DNA of 64,000 bases, from contig JAWQFM010000004.1 of the NCBI GenBank assembly GCA_033442325.1, positions 1,795,393 through 1,859,392 on the forward strand. Reading direction: 5' to 3'. Below are positions 1 through 16,557 of this stretch, in pieces. Positions within the stretch are counted from its first letter, which is position 1. Every line of letters starts with the position of its first letter. This DNA is from Salpingoeca rosetta (lineage: Eukaryota > Protista > Choanoflagellata). The notes beneath the pieces were generated by a model that was not told the origin of the DNA, did no database searches, and saw only the letters and a program-made list of their open reading frames with translations. Both the position numbers and the translations under genes were made by a program.

Positions 1-5
1 CCCAC

Positions 6-449
6 TCACAAGAGAGGCGTTTGTTTGGTTACAATGGTGGCGCCGGCGTACGCTGTGGGAAAGTAGACGAGGACGTCGCACACAGACCACCACCACGGGT
101 GTGGGATGGCGGCGATGTTTGCAATGCCGCCGGCGAGGAACATGCTGCCAACCACGCCCGCGCTGCGCCCGATGATGGCCGAGCTAGAGAACTTGTAAGC
201 GACGTAGCCGCCAACGAAGGAGCCGCACCCGTGTGCGCCAATGACCCACAGCAGCGACAGCGGCGACGCCTCCCGCACGTGCGCGCGAATGATCTCCTTT
301 GCCTCCTCATACGGCGTGTCCTTGTGCAAGCCCTTGGGCGTGCCGAAGATGGTGTGCCCGACGTGCTCCAGCCCAGCAATCACCGTCGCACCAGAAACCA
401 GCCCACACACCACGCCAAGCGCGGTGTTCTTCACCTCACTCATCGTCAT
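6..449 (-). CDS. Small intronless ~4-TM membrane protein of unknown function, resembling a bacterial uncharacterised membrane family
   Basis: ATG at 449 (MTMSEVKNTALGVVCGLVSG...) to TGA at 6-8. Hydrophobic helices with GxxxG motifs (GSFVGGYVA) and a PHPWWW motif. The ORF-track extension to 632 is microsatellite read-through. Confidence 0.7.
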   Translation of the reverse strand: MTMSEVKNTALGVVCGLVSGATVIAGLEHVGHTIFGTPKGLHKDTPYEEAKEIIRAHVREASPLSLLWVIGAHGCGSFVGGYVAYKFSSSAIIGRSAGVVGSMFLAGGIANIAAIPHPWWWSVCDVLVYFPTAYAGATIVTKQTPLL

Positions 450-541
450 CGTGTGTGCTGCTTGTAGAGAATTGGCAAATATATCCATAAATGTTCGGCA
501 ACCACTGCAAACACAAACAACAGAAGAGCAAGCGCGCACAA

Positions 542-542
<1 letters not shown>

Positions 543-617
<75 letters not shown>

Positions 618-663
618 AACACACTCACTCACTCACTCACTCACACACACACGCACACACACA

Positions 664-704
<41 letters not shown>

Positions 705-797
705 TCACTCACTCACTCACTCACTCACTCACTCACTCACTCACTCACTCACTCACTCACTCACTCACACACACACACACACATACGCACACACTCA

Positions 798-842
<45 letters not shown>

Positions 843-848
843 ACACAC
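543..848. repeat. Compound (CA)n/(ACTC)n microsatellite between divergent genes
   Basis: Directly visible; ends about 11 nt before the ATG at 860. Confidence 0.95.
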
Positions 849-859
849 AAAAGCACATT

Positions 860-1509
860 ATGCTGGGTGCCGTAGAGTGGGCGCTAGTGGCGGATCACTT
901 GCTGAACGGTGGTGCCTGGACAATTGGGGTTTCGCCAGAGAAGCGGGATCAACTGCGCGACGTCCTCAACCTCATGCTGACGTGCCGCTCGCTGTACCAC
1001 AACCTCCCGTGGGCCATGCCAAAGTGGCGGGCGGCGCGTGGGTTCCTGTGCAGGTTTGTTCCACACTGGCTCGATACATTTCAACAGGACGGCGCCGACG
1101 CTGATGCTGCTGCTGCTGCTGCTGCTTCGCAGTGGCTGCTGAACCGCTTTCTGGTGTATTCCTGGCTCGGGTTCACGTGGGAGAGCACATGCCCCTTTAT
1201 CATCAAACTACGCCAAGGCGAGGCACGCCACAACTTGAAACATCCGCTTCGAGCCGACTTTCAACGATATGTGCGCATCAACTTTGACTCTTTGGAGCAG
1301 CTCCAATCGTGGCTTGATGATGGGGAGTTGAGGGAGACGGTGAAGATGAAGATGGAGGAGGAGGAGGAGGAGGAGGAAGAGGAGGAGGAGGAGGAGGAGG
1401 AGGGTGAGGGTGATGAAGGTGGCGAGGAGAAGGAGGAGCAAGATGAAGCGGAGGAAACGGGTGAGAAGAAGACAAAGTCTGGGTCACAGCAGCAGCAGCA
1501 ACAACAACG

Positions 1510-1540
<31 letters not shown>

Positions 1541-3154
1541 CAGCAACACGACGCCAAATCTGTGGCGCCTGCGCCTGTGCCGCTTGTGTTCCGCCCGGCC
1601 ATGGTGCGGGTGCGTGCAGTGATGAAGACTCGAGAAGACGTCGCCAGCTTTGAGCGGGCAATGAGCGCTCTTGGCAATCCTGAGGGGGACAGGATCCATC
1701 TGACGATTGCCACGCCAGTGCACCGGCTGTGCATCAGCAACGTGGATGAGCTGGAGCTGGAGACGGATGACGACAAGCCCGATGCAGTCATTGGTACGGT
1801 GGACTTGCATAACATCAACAAGGTCACCTGGCACCCGGCACGCCACCAGCGGGCCATTCACGGAGACATACGCAACGTGCAGCAGGTGTACGTGATGAAC
1901 TCACCACGCGCTTCAACCCTGATCAGCGACATCAGCGGCCTGACACACGTGCCGTCCGTAGGCCTCTACTGGCTCGAGCACCTGTCAGATCTCTCTCCGC
2001 TCCAGCACGCGCACTCCCTCAGGCTCAGCGACCTGTCCATCACCAGCCTCGCTGCCGTGTGCAACGTCCCCAAACTCGACGTTAGCATGTGCAGAAACCT
2101 GCGACTGCAGAACGAGGTTGTGTACAGCAAGTCGATCCACCTTAGTAACGCGTCCAACGCCGTTGGGCCCCTTCACCTGCCGCACGCGGACTCGGTGTGG
2201 CTGACGTGCTGCCAGCGCCTCGCGCGCGTCATCTGCAAGAAGCGCGTGCATGACTGGTCCGTGTACCACTGCCCTGGCCTCCGCTTGGTGCCAAAGTTCC
2301 ACCACGTGGCCCACCTCAGCCTGGACGCACGTGTCCAGCGCGAGTGCCTCGTGCACCTGACGCACCGCACAGATGCACTGGACCTCAAGTGCGCATCGTC
2401 AGAACGGGCGTTGGCGTGGCTTAATGATGTGGCCGACGCAACCACCAAGATCAGCCTGCGCACGGACAGGGTGCTTGAGCCCACAACCACGCTGCCGCCC
2501 TGCCTTGACCACCTGGACACGGAGGTGAAAGACAGCGCCGCGCTGGTGCACATGCGCAACGTTCGCAGCCTGCACATTCGCCCCAAGTTGTTGATGAAAG
2601 AGATTGACGTGAGCCCGCTCACTAACGTCGTTGACCTCCACATACAAGCCACCGCTACCGCCGTGTCGCCGATCGGCCTACACGCGCTGCGCAACTTGCA
2701 AACAGTGAACCTCTACACCTGCCGTCTCACAGACGACCATGCCCTGGTGTCGTCCCCGCCAGACAGGCCCCTGAAAAAGCTGGTTCTGCACGAGTGCACG
2801 GGCACCGCGGTTGTGCGCAACGTCGTGTCGTTCATCATGATTCGTGGTGGTGTTCGCCTCACCCAACTCTCGGACGTTACCAGGGTCAGGATTGACACGC
2901 TCAAGCCCCTGCGTGTGCTGTCCACGCACAATGTGCGCACGTGTCGCGTTGACTGCACCAGCGTGGCACCCGATGCCGACTTTTCTGGAGTGCATCGCCT
3001 CTTCTTCTGCGATTGCGTGTTTCCCACAACGACAACACCCATCACGCGTGGTGATGGTGGTGGGTATGGGCATGAAGGTGGCGGCTGCGTGCGCTTTGAG
3101 GACTGCACAACCGATGATGACCAGCGCATGCCTGAGCGCACGCGCTCGTATTAG
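860..3154 (+). CDS. Intronless protein: F-box-like N-terminus, polyE/polyQ linker, degenerate LRR solenoid (paralog A)
   Basis: 764-aa ORF from ATG 860. Motif W.LVA...LNLMLTCRSLYHNLPWAMPKW is shared with the gene at 36661. LRR-like units such as ISDISGLTHVPSVGL, LSDLSPLQHAHSLRL, LHALRNLQTVNL. Confidence 0.75.
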
Positions 3155-3158
3155 GGCT

Positions 3159-3159
<1 letters not shown>

Positions 3160-3241
<82 letters not shown>

Positions 3242-3295
3242 ATGAAACTCGGTGTGTGCGTGTATGAAACTCGGTGTGTGTGAAACTCGGTGTGT
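3160..3295. repeat. (TG)n tract followed by three copies of a TGAAACTCGGTGTG-containing unit
   Basis: Directly visible immediately after the stop at 3154. Confidence 0.9.
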
Positions 3296-3643
3296 AAATC
3301 GCGGCGTGAGCACGTGTGCATGTGGCAATGTTAACGGGCTTGTTACATGAAATACACGAACATGCCACTGTGTATACTCTGGTGCAGTCCGCAAGCTGGG
3401 CGAAGATGAGCGTTGAAGCGAGAGGAAACACAGTTCGACGACACGCTGCTGAGAAAGATTGTCAATCACGTTGGATTTGTTGACGGGTGTGTTATTGTGT
3501 ACCAGTACACCAGGGTAGAGCACAGACAACGCGCGAGGGCATCGAGACAGTGAAGATGTACTCAGGAGCTCGTAAGAGTCCAAGCAACGCAGAACACACA
3601 GGCAACGCCGGAGCAGCCAAAGCAAGACAACGCGAATCGTTGA

Positions 3644-5023
3644 TTAACACCCAGGGTCGATGACCAGCACGGTTTCAGCGTCGCGTGGAATACCGTATAT
3701 TAGGCCGTTGCCAATCACCACTCCGTCGCGCCACTTGCGCGGTTCTGCTGCGCCGCTAACTTCGATGGGCTTCGTGCTGGTGGTGTTTGCCACAGGGTCG
3801 ATGACGAGAATGGAGGCGGAGTTGTGCGGGATGCCGATGATGTTGCCGTTGGGTGCGAGCACGCCGCCAACCCAGTCGTCTACGCCGGCATGATCCGCAA
3901 CAGCAAGCAGGGTCGTCACGTTGGACGCTGGGTCGACGACAAGGACGCTTGTCGCGCGGCTTGGAATGGCGTACAAGAGGCCGTTGCCGGCGAGCACACC
4001 GCCAAACCACTTGAAGGGAGCAGATCCCAAGCCCGCGAGTGTCGTGGTGTCCGCCGTGAGGGAGACAGGGTCGATGATGAGAACAGAGCTTGAGGTGTCT
4101 GGAATGCCGTAGATGAGGCCGTTGGGTGCCTGAACACCGCCGTACCACTTGTTGCTGTCAGAGGCAAGCCCAGACAAAGTGGTGTTGTCGGCTGCGTTTG
4201 TGGTTGGATCGATGATCAGCACGGCTGTGGCTGATGACGGGATGCCGACTATGAAACCGTTATGAGCAGCCACGCCAGTGAGCCACTTAAAGTCGCGCAT
4301 GCCCAGGAAATCGATGCTCGTAACATCGGTTGTGTTGCTGCTGGGGTCAACAATCAGCACTGACGGCCGTGCAGCGGGAAACATGTAGATGAGGCCGGTG
4401 TGTGCCAACACGGCGCCGGCCCACTTGTACATGTCAGAGCCGAGCCCGGAGATGGACGTTGTGTCGACCGTGTTGGTAACTGGGTCGATGATGAGCACCG
4501 ACGGGGCGTTGTACGGCGTCGCATAGATCAAGCCGTTGCTGGCAAGCACACCGCCACGCCACTTGTCTGATGACGCGCCAAGGTCTCCAAACGTGCTGGC
4601 ACTTGCGTGACACACCTCAGCTCTCAGCGCGTCGATCCTTGCTTGGTTCAAGCTGATCGTGTCCTGCTGCATGGCAATCGTGCTCTGCTGCGCCTGTACG
4701 TTTTGCTGGTACACCTGCAGCATGCTCTGCTGTGCAGCCACTGTCTCGAAGAGCGCATCCACGTTCATCCCGTTGACCAAAACGGGCTGGCTCGCTGGAT
4801 CGCTCGTGTTGATGTGCAATGCGCCCTCATCATCCTCCACAAACACCACTTCTCCCCAGCTCATTGGTTCTGCGAGCAGGACGAGAAGGAGGAGGAAGAG
4901 GATGGTGGGCAGAGTGGGCAGGAAGCGGGGGAGGGAGGGAAAGGCTGCTGTGGTTGTTGTTGGTGTAGTTGTGGTTGTTGTTGTTGCGCTTGTGGTTGGT
5001 GTGCGTCTCATGTCGCTGAGCAT
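3644..5023 (-). CDS. Secreted/anchored protein: hydrophobic leader, EDDxGALHINTSDP module, coiled coil, 7 x ~46-aa repeats (predicted beta-propeller); copy 1, intact
   Basis: Intronless ORF. Seven repeats of KWxGGVLAxNGLIYxxPxxAxSVLIIDPxTN, Gln-rich heptads, ends IDPGC-TAA. Start is ATG 5023 or 5011. Confidence 0.85.
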   Translation of the reverse strand: MLSDMRRTPTTSATTTTTTTPTTTTAAFPSLPRFLPTLPTILFLLLLVLLAEPMSWGEVVFVEDDEGALHINTSDPASQPVLVNGMNVDALFETVAAQQSMLQVYQQNVQAQQSTIAMQQDTISLNQARIDALRAEVCHASASTFGDLGASSDKWRGGVLASNGLIYATPYNAPSVLIIDPVTNTVDTTSISGLGSDMYKWAGAVLAHTGLIYMFPAARPSVLIVDPSSNTTDVTSIDFLGMRDFKWLTGVAAHNGFIVGIPSSATAVLIIDPTTNAADNTTLSGLASDSNKWYGGVQAPNGLIYGIPDTSSSVLIIDPVSLTADTTTLAGLGSAPFKWFGGVLAGNGLLYAIPSRATSVLVVDPASNVTTLLAVADHAGVDDWVGGVLAPNGNIIGIPHNSASILVIDPVANTTSTKPIEVSGAAEPRKWRDGVVIGNGLIYGIPRDAETVLVIDPGC

Positions 5024-6649
5024 CTCGTCTGCCGTGCTGTGCTGCTCGCTTCTTGCTTGCTTGCTTGTCTTGTTGTGGTTTGTGCACAAGCAGAGAAAAA
5101 GCACCAAGCAAAATCGCACCAGCCACTGCTTCTTCTGTAGGTTTTGCTTGCAGCCAGCTCAAGAAGACACGCACACTCCTTCCTTCATTCCTTCAGGTAC
5201 TGCGTGTTGCCTGTTGCCTGTTGCAGAAGAGAGGAGGGGGATGAAGCACACCTTCCCTTCGTTCCTTAGGTAGTCGCTGTTACTGCTGCGTGCAGCTTCG
5301 CCACTCCACTCTCCTCGCTTCCACCACACAGTCCACTGCTCCCAGTGAGAGATCACATCACATCACTGTCCTTCTGTCCTTCCGCAAGTTCCGCAGGCTT
5401 CATTGTTGCTGTGTCGTCCACACACGACCAGACGAGACACCGCGTGTCGTCGACCAACCAGCTTTCCTTAGCTGAGGCAAGGAGGACACGGGAGAGGCAG
5501 AGACCCCTTCCTTCGCTGCACCGCCAGCTGATTGTAGTGGGGGTTGGGATGGGGTTTGATGTCAGCAAGAGCAAGAGCAGCACACGCTATTGCGTGTTCG
5601 CGTGCCACGTACACTTGGCTTGCTGTGACACAGTGGAAGAGGCAGAGGAACCACTCTGATTCCATTTACGCGTGGAGGATAGGGGGATAGCACTCATCGC
5701 AAGACCTCACCCCGACGTTCACCGAGACACACCTCTCCCTCGCTGGCATTCCACTGCGCACCTGAGCACGCGTGCATGGATGCACGCATGGATGCACGAG
5801 CATCCACTCTCCCTCTTTCCACTCATTGAGCAGCCAGACCAAGGCACCAGCCAGCAACGCGTGTGTGTTTTGATGTGAGGAAGTGAGGATGGTGTCTTCT
5901 CCTTGGGTCGTGTGCATGAGGTGTCTGGTTTGCTCACATGATGCATTCCAGCATGGTGTGTGTGTGTATGTATGCGGTGGCTTGATGTGCATCACGCTCA
6001 CGTTGTTGTCCCGTTTCCTGCCACGCTCCTAGCTGCTGCAGGTTGGCCTGCACCTGGCTGTGCGACTGGCGTTTGGCCGTGACCTCTCGCGTGTTCCCCC
6101 GCTGGGCTCAACCGCACGAGCAACGGTTCCACTGTGTTGATACCCGTGTCCAAGTTGTGGATGACATGGACTGCAGCTGCTTTGCTCGTGTACTGATGAC
6201 TGACTCAAAGAGTGATTGCATTGGTGTCCTTGAAGAGGTGGCATTCGTTCGGCATAAACGCGTGCATCATCGTAGTGGCACGGCTTTTCAAACTGCGTGG
6301 ATGCGAGAGTGTGTGAAGGGGTTCACGTCAAGCTCTTTGAGTGTTGCAGTGATGCAGTTGACACTGTTCTTGTTGTTTTGACAATCGAGCCGGGGTCAAT
6401 GTATGTATGTACAGTTGAAGAACAATGAACAGCGTCGATACGCAGGGTACACGGAGAGAGACAGAAGAAGGAACACAGAGGCTGACAGAAGCAGCAGGGT
6501 GGAAGACTGAAAGAGCCAAGGCGGTGCAGGAAGGGTGCGAGCAGGAAAGCATGTGCGCACACGTGCACAGACGGGCAGACAAACAGGCAGGCAGACAGGC
6601 AGACACAAAGACACGTGTACATATGCACACACAAGCGCATGCAAGCATC

Positions 6650-7908
6650 TCAGCACCCAGGGTCAATCACAAGGACCGACTCTGCAGAATGTGGAATGGC
6701 GTAGATGAGGTCATTTGGTGCAAGCACGCCATCCCACCACTTGTTGTTGCCGCTAAGATTGTTGATGGTCGTGGTGTCGGTGGTGTTAGTGGTTGGATCC
6801 AAGATGAGGACTGATTGCGAGCCATTTGGGATGCCGACGATTTTGCCGTTGGGTGCGAGCACACCACCAACCCACTTTCGAAAGCTTGTTGCTTCGGCGA
6901 TGACAAGCTCGTCGGTTGCGTTGGTGGCTGGGTTGATGACGAGTGTCGTCTCAACAGCACCTGGGATGGCGTAGATGAGGTCATTGCTTGCCAGCACGCC
7001 GCCATACCACTTAGCGTTTGTTTCCAGACCACTGATGGCGGTGAGGTCCATCGCGAAGGTCTCTGGATTGATGATGAGGACGGAAGGAGCCGTCAAGGGA
7101 ATGCAGTAGATAAGGCTGTTGTCCGCTTGCACACCGCCGTACCATTTGTATTGCTGGCTCGACAGCCCGGACAGCGTGGTGGTGTCGGCTGTGTTTGTCT
7201 CGGGGTCGATGATCAGCACGGAGGTTGCAGAAAATGGGATGCCGAAGATGATGCCGTTGGCGGCCACCACACCACTGTACCACTTGCGCTCACCTGACCC
7301 AAGTGAGTGGATACTCGATGTATCAGTGGTGTTGGTGTCTGGGTCGATGATGAGCATTGTCTCCCTGTTCGAAGGGAACATATAGATGAAGCCGTTGTGC
7401 GCCAGGACAGCACCACTCCACTTCGCTGAGTCCGTGTTGAGTCCAGAGATTGTGGTTGTGTCGACGATGTTGGTGCTTGGGTCAATGATGAGGACGGAAG
7501 GGGAGTTGTACGGCGCAGCATAGATCAGGCCGTTGTTCGCCAGCACACCCCCAAGCCATTTGCTTCCTGCTGAGCCGAGCTGGCCAAACGTGCTGGCGCT
7601 GGGAGTGCACACTTTGCTGCCAAAGACACGATCAATGGTGCTCTGATGCTCTGCTGCTCCGACACGGTACTCATCAACATGCTGAGGGTCTCGTGCACGT
7701 TCATCCCGTTCACAAACACCGGTTGGCTCATGGGGTCGCTTGTGTTGATGTGAAACGCGCCCGCATCATCCTCCACCAGCGTCACCTCCCCAACAACGCT
7801 GCTGATGAGGAGCGGCATCCAGCACACTGCCGCCGCCACCAGCAGCACGGGGAGCAGCAACATCCCACGTGCCTGCAGGCACCCCATCGTTCTCATCGGT
7901 GCCATCAT
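6650..7908 (-). pseudogene. Beta-propeller family copy 2, frameshifted in the coiled coil
   Basis: Leader and EDDAGAFHINTSDP module run from ATG 7908. The frame changes at ~7645 (CAGAGCAT|CAGAGCACC) into a complete 7-repeat propeller ending IDPGC. Confidence 0.8.
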
Positions 7909-8950
7909 ACTCCGAGTGGGTGAAGAAGAGAGAAGAGGAGAAGGAGAAGAGGAGAGAACAGAAGTAGAAGTTAAGTGTGCCTTCCTCCTTCCTCGTTCGC
8001 GTGTCTGTTCGCAGGACAGGCGCAGCACCAAGAGAAGAGAAGACAGGATTGGTTCGTTTGTTGTTTGTGGCGTTTTGGCTGGTTGTTGTGGTTGTGGACG
8101 ATTGTTGGGAATCGTGCAATGGATTTCCAGCCACACACAAGCAAGCAAGTTCACTGTTGTGTGTGTGTTGTTGTTGTTGGGGGAAGGAAGCACGTTGAAA
8201 CGCATCCCTCCATCCATCCATCCAGCCTTCCTTCCTTCCTTCCCTCAGCCTTCCTTCATCAGCTCATCACTGCGCCAACAAGGACAGAGCACACACGGCA
8301 CACGATGTGCGGTGTCTTGCTGCGTTGTACGCTCCAGCTTCATCACGCAGTGCAAAAGAAGGGCGTGAGTTGAACTCATGTCAAGGAGGCGGACATGTGT
8401 GACCAAAGAATACCCTGCTCATCCACAGGTGCGTGCGTGTGTGAGTGTTTGAGGTCATTCCATTACATTGCATTGCATTGCATTGCTCAGCCTTGTGTGC
8501 TCAACACACGTAAGCGCATATGCACACATACATCACACGTTGTTCCAATGACACGTGCTCACGCGCCGTCTTCCTCTCCTCCATCACCTCAGCTGTGCAC
8601 CTCACCTCCTCTCGTGTCTGACATCGTGTCTGACATCGTGTCGCTCTCCTCCTCCTCCCACCACCATCTTGTCCACCCTGCCTCTTTCCCCTGTGAACGC
8701 AGTGTCCCCACAGCCAAGGACGCACACAGGTGCACCTGATGCACGCACGTGATGCAGCTGCCCCTCTCTGTCCAACACACTCCCCAGCCACTGCTGCCGG
8801 TACCATCAGAAGTGTGTCCTTCCTCCTTCCCGTCTGGTTGGCACCAGCATGCATGCGCGCAGCGCCACCTTCACTTCACCAACACGGCGTGCTCCTCACC
8901 AAGGCAGCTGCAAGCATGCGTGATGTTCAGCTGTCCTTGCCAGACCGTGG

Positions 8951-13050
<4,100 letters not shown>

Positions 13051-15241
13051 GTACGTGTCCCTGATTCACAGCCCCCTTGTAACAGTGTGCTCGTGCTCGC
13101 TGCCAGGTACCGTGGCGCAAAGTGTTTGGAACGTGGACAAGCCCTGCCGTGTGGCCGCTCTGCTGCCCTCCGTTTGGTGGTCAGCACGATCGATCAGAGG
13201 CAACAGCGGGGGTGTGCACCAGCCCTGCGATGGTGAGCGTGTCCTGACCACGTACACCCTGGAGCAGTGGAACATGACAAGTGTTGCCGTTGTGCTGTAG
13301 AGCATGCGAGGCTGGCAGCCCTCACACAGCACAACGCCGGCCAGTACAGCTTTGAATCAGCCACTTGGACACGTGACGCCAAGCACGTTCTCCTGTATGG
13401 CCGAGCTTTGCGGTGCCGGCTGCGTAATGTGTGCTCAGCTTCAACACGAGCAACACCACGGCCGTCGCAATCCGCCCTGTTGGCCATCAAGGCGCGATGC
13501 CTGGAGCCATCGTCCTTGTCACCCACCTCCCGTTCAATTGACTGTGGCAGCGTTGCTGAGCTGCAGCGAGCCGTGCGCATGTTCCCTGCCACCGTGAGCA
13601 CTGCCGTGGAGGATGCCGAGACAGACACGCCGCTGTCTCTGTTGTTGTTTGCGCGCAGCAAGGCCAGCCACGCCCGCACTCTGTGCCATCTTCAGCACCT
13701 CCACCAGTGTGTCCTGGCTCGACTGCAACATGGTGCAGTGTGTCGTGGACAAGGTGTGTGAGGCCATCAGGGCCTTCTTCAACCTCGGAGGGTAACAAGC
13801 CCTGGCAGGGAAGCCCTGGTCACTGCGCGCGTCGTTCCTGACGCACACCCTCGTAGCAGACATCATTCTGCTGGTGTGCACGTTTCAAAGTGGGCTTGCG
13901 CTTGCGACCTCCACCGCCGACAAGCAGTACAGCCACCAGCAGCGAGCATGATTGTCTCACTGAGTCGGACAGGACATTCATCAGCGAAATGAGCAGCCGC
14001 GCGTGTCGGCACAACCTGCTGAAGTTGTCTGGTGAGCTGGCCAAGCTTGAGGACGCTGGGGCGCGCGTGGTGCCACTTGGCGCGTGCAGCTGGGTTTGTG
14101 AATGACGACACTGGTGGACAAGGGTGATGCTGAGCTGTTTGGCAGCTTCATTGTTCGCGTTAGCAGTGGCGTGGTACATGCTCACCGTCGCCCTCGTCAG
14201 TGGCAAGGACGCGGCCCAGCTGCTGCTGGGAGTTGGTGACAACAAGTCGGTGGTGATCATGCTGCTGCTGGGTGCAGCCGACAACGAGCCAGTGGTGATC
14301 ATCCTGGCGCTGGGTGAGCCGGCTGGTTGTGGACATGGTGCAGGAGGTGCGGCAGTCACGGCTTGTTGGACGTGATGGATGCGGCGTTAGTGTTTGCGGT
14401 GCGTGGCACGTACTCCTTCCCAGCACGCTCCCACGTTCCTTCCTCTGCTGTACCACCTGCGGTGCTGCCTGCAGCCGTTCCAGCCAGCGCATGATTCTGG
14501 CCCATCTGCTTCGACATGCGCCACTTCCTGCTCTGCTCGTCCTCGGCATCAGCAATTTGGCTGGGTGGACGTCGTTCCGGTTGCTGCTGCTGCTCAACGA
14601 CAACACGTTGTCGGCCAACGGGCTTGCTGCTCATGTTCAACAATGTGCTGCTGTGGATACCTTTGACGGCGGCTACATTGGTGGTGCTGGCTGCTGCGCA
14701 TCCTGCATGTCATCTCCATGGTGCTGAACCGGCTGATTGCGCTCATGTTGGACCGCGCAGATATTGAGTTCCAGCTGCTACGTGGTTCATGCATGAGGAG
14801 GAGGAGGAATCGATGGATGAATGTGCGACGCTTCTTTCAAATGGTGGCTGCAGCGTGCAGTGGCAGGGTGTGCTGTATGCGCTGGAGAAGGAGATGCAGC
14901 ACAGCGCGTGCAGAACGACGTTGCCGATCATCGTAGAATGACATGTGACATGACTTGAAGTTGATGGGTTGTGTTGGGTTGTCTTTGCGTTGGTGTTGGT
15001 TTATTGCTTGCACTTGGCGTCGTTCCAAACCCCGCAATACATGCATGCCGAAGACACATTCACTCATGCATACACAAGAAATAGCAAGCAAGTGCACATG
15101 CACACACACACACACGTGCTTTCGCTGTCAGCATTCGCACAAGTCATGTTGCAGTACATTGAAGTGTGTATTGTACTTCACCAGGCCCACTCACTGCCAA
15201 AGCAAGCCTGACAAGTGCCCACAACCACTCTGTCACTCTAT

Positions 15242-16192
15242 CTACTGGTTGCAGTGTTCGCCCGTGCATGTTGAGGGGCAGTTTGCGAGCTCAACCCCTG
15301 CATCCACACACATGCATCCAGATATGGTGACACCAGTGCAATTCACAGAGGTGATGCTGGTTTGGAAGAGAAGAACGTCGCCGTCCACATTGGTGATCTG
15401 GCCAAACTGAAAAGAAGAGAGGGCGGGGTTGCGGGCAATGTACATATTCCCGCCCACGCTGACGATGTTGCCAAAGTCGACCGACGTGAGGACGTTGTAT
15501 CGGAGGCTGAGGAAGCCGCCCACCATCGTCAGTGCGCCAAAGTCGATATCGACTGGCCCGTTGCTGTCGGCATGGATATAGCCACCCACGCGGGTGATGC
15601 GTTTGAAATCCAACAGAGTCAGGTCGTTGTTGTGCAACGACATGTCTCCACCGACGCTTGAGAGCAGGCCAAAGTCGATGAAAGTGAGGTCGTTCCTGGA
15701 CAAGTTCACGTCGCCATCGATGGCTTGCATGACCCCAAACGAGAATGATGTGAGGCCTTGTCCTTCCACGTCGATGTTTCCAGCTTGATCAATGGACACA
15801 GCCACGCCAGGGTTTGCTGCCTGCAGCAAGGTACTGGCCATGACATTCTTCTCGCTTGCCACAGCAGCCAGCACAAGCTGCAACGTGTCTGCGAGTCGAG
15901 CGGTTTCCTGCAGCTGACTTTGCATTTGCTCCACATCGACCCCATTCACCAGCACACGAGGTTGGTGCTTGACATTATTGTTGCTGTTGCTGGCTGTGGT
16001 GGTGCTGATGTGCAGGGTGCCCCACTCGTCCTCCTCAATCACCGCTGCATGTGCGAACAGCGTATTGTTGCTGCTGCTGCTGTTGTGGTTGTTGTGGTTG
16101 GGGATGGTGGTGTACAGCATGCACAGCAGCGCAAGGAGGGCATTGAGTGTGCTGAGTGTGAGGCAAGCGAAAGAGGAAGGACATCGCCTCAT
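15242..16192 (-). CDS. Secreted protein with the same N-terminal stalk module fused to receptor L-domain/Ecm33-like 22-aa repeats and a Cys-rich tail
   Basis: Signal-like N-terminus, then EEDEWGTLHIST...PRVLVNGVDV and a coiled coil. About six repeats of LTxxDFGxxxxVGGxxxxxxN. Five C-terminal Cys. Confidence 0.8.
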   Translation of the reverse strand: MRRCPSSFACLTLSTLNALLALLCMLYTTIPNHNNHNSSSSNNTLFAHAAVIEEDEWGTLHISTTTASNSNNNVKHQPRVLVNGVDVEQMQSQLQETARLADTLQLVLAAVASEKNVMASTLLQAANPGVAVSIDQAGNIDVEGQGLTSFSFGVMQAIDGDVNLSRNDLTFIDFGLLSSVGGDMSLHNNDLTLLDFKRITRVGGYIHADSNGPVDIDFGALTMVGGFLSLRYNVLTSVDFGNIVSVGGNMYIARNPALSSFQFGQITNVDGDVLLFQTSITSVNCTGVTISGCMCVDAGVELANCPSTCTGEHCNQ

Positions 16193-16557
16193 GACTGTAG
16201 GACTGTGAGAGGAGGGGGAGACAGAGGGAGACAGATAGGTGACCTCGTTCTCTCTGCGAGGACCGGGGTCATGGGAAGATGAAGGGGGGAGATGGTAGGA
16301 ATGAGGGATGGTGTGGGTGTGCTGTGCGGACCAAGCACAAACGAACGAACAAGCACAAACACAGCACAGCCAAACGCCTTCTTCTCTGCTTCACTTCTTC
16401 GTGCTGTCTGTGCAGAAGGATGATGTACGATTTCCATCACTTCTCCACACCCACACTCAGCACAACCAGCAAAGAAGCAGGCATCCAGCAAGCCAGCCAG
16501 CAAGCAAGGCAACAAGCAAGCAAGCCTGCCATCACCAGCCCGCGGTTCACAGTCATA

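Noticed and set aside
5130-6640. Possible gene between propeller copies 1 and 2
   Set aside because: Only short fragments with no recognisable motif or consistent splice path.
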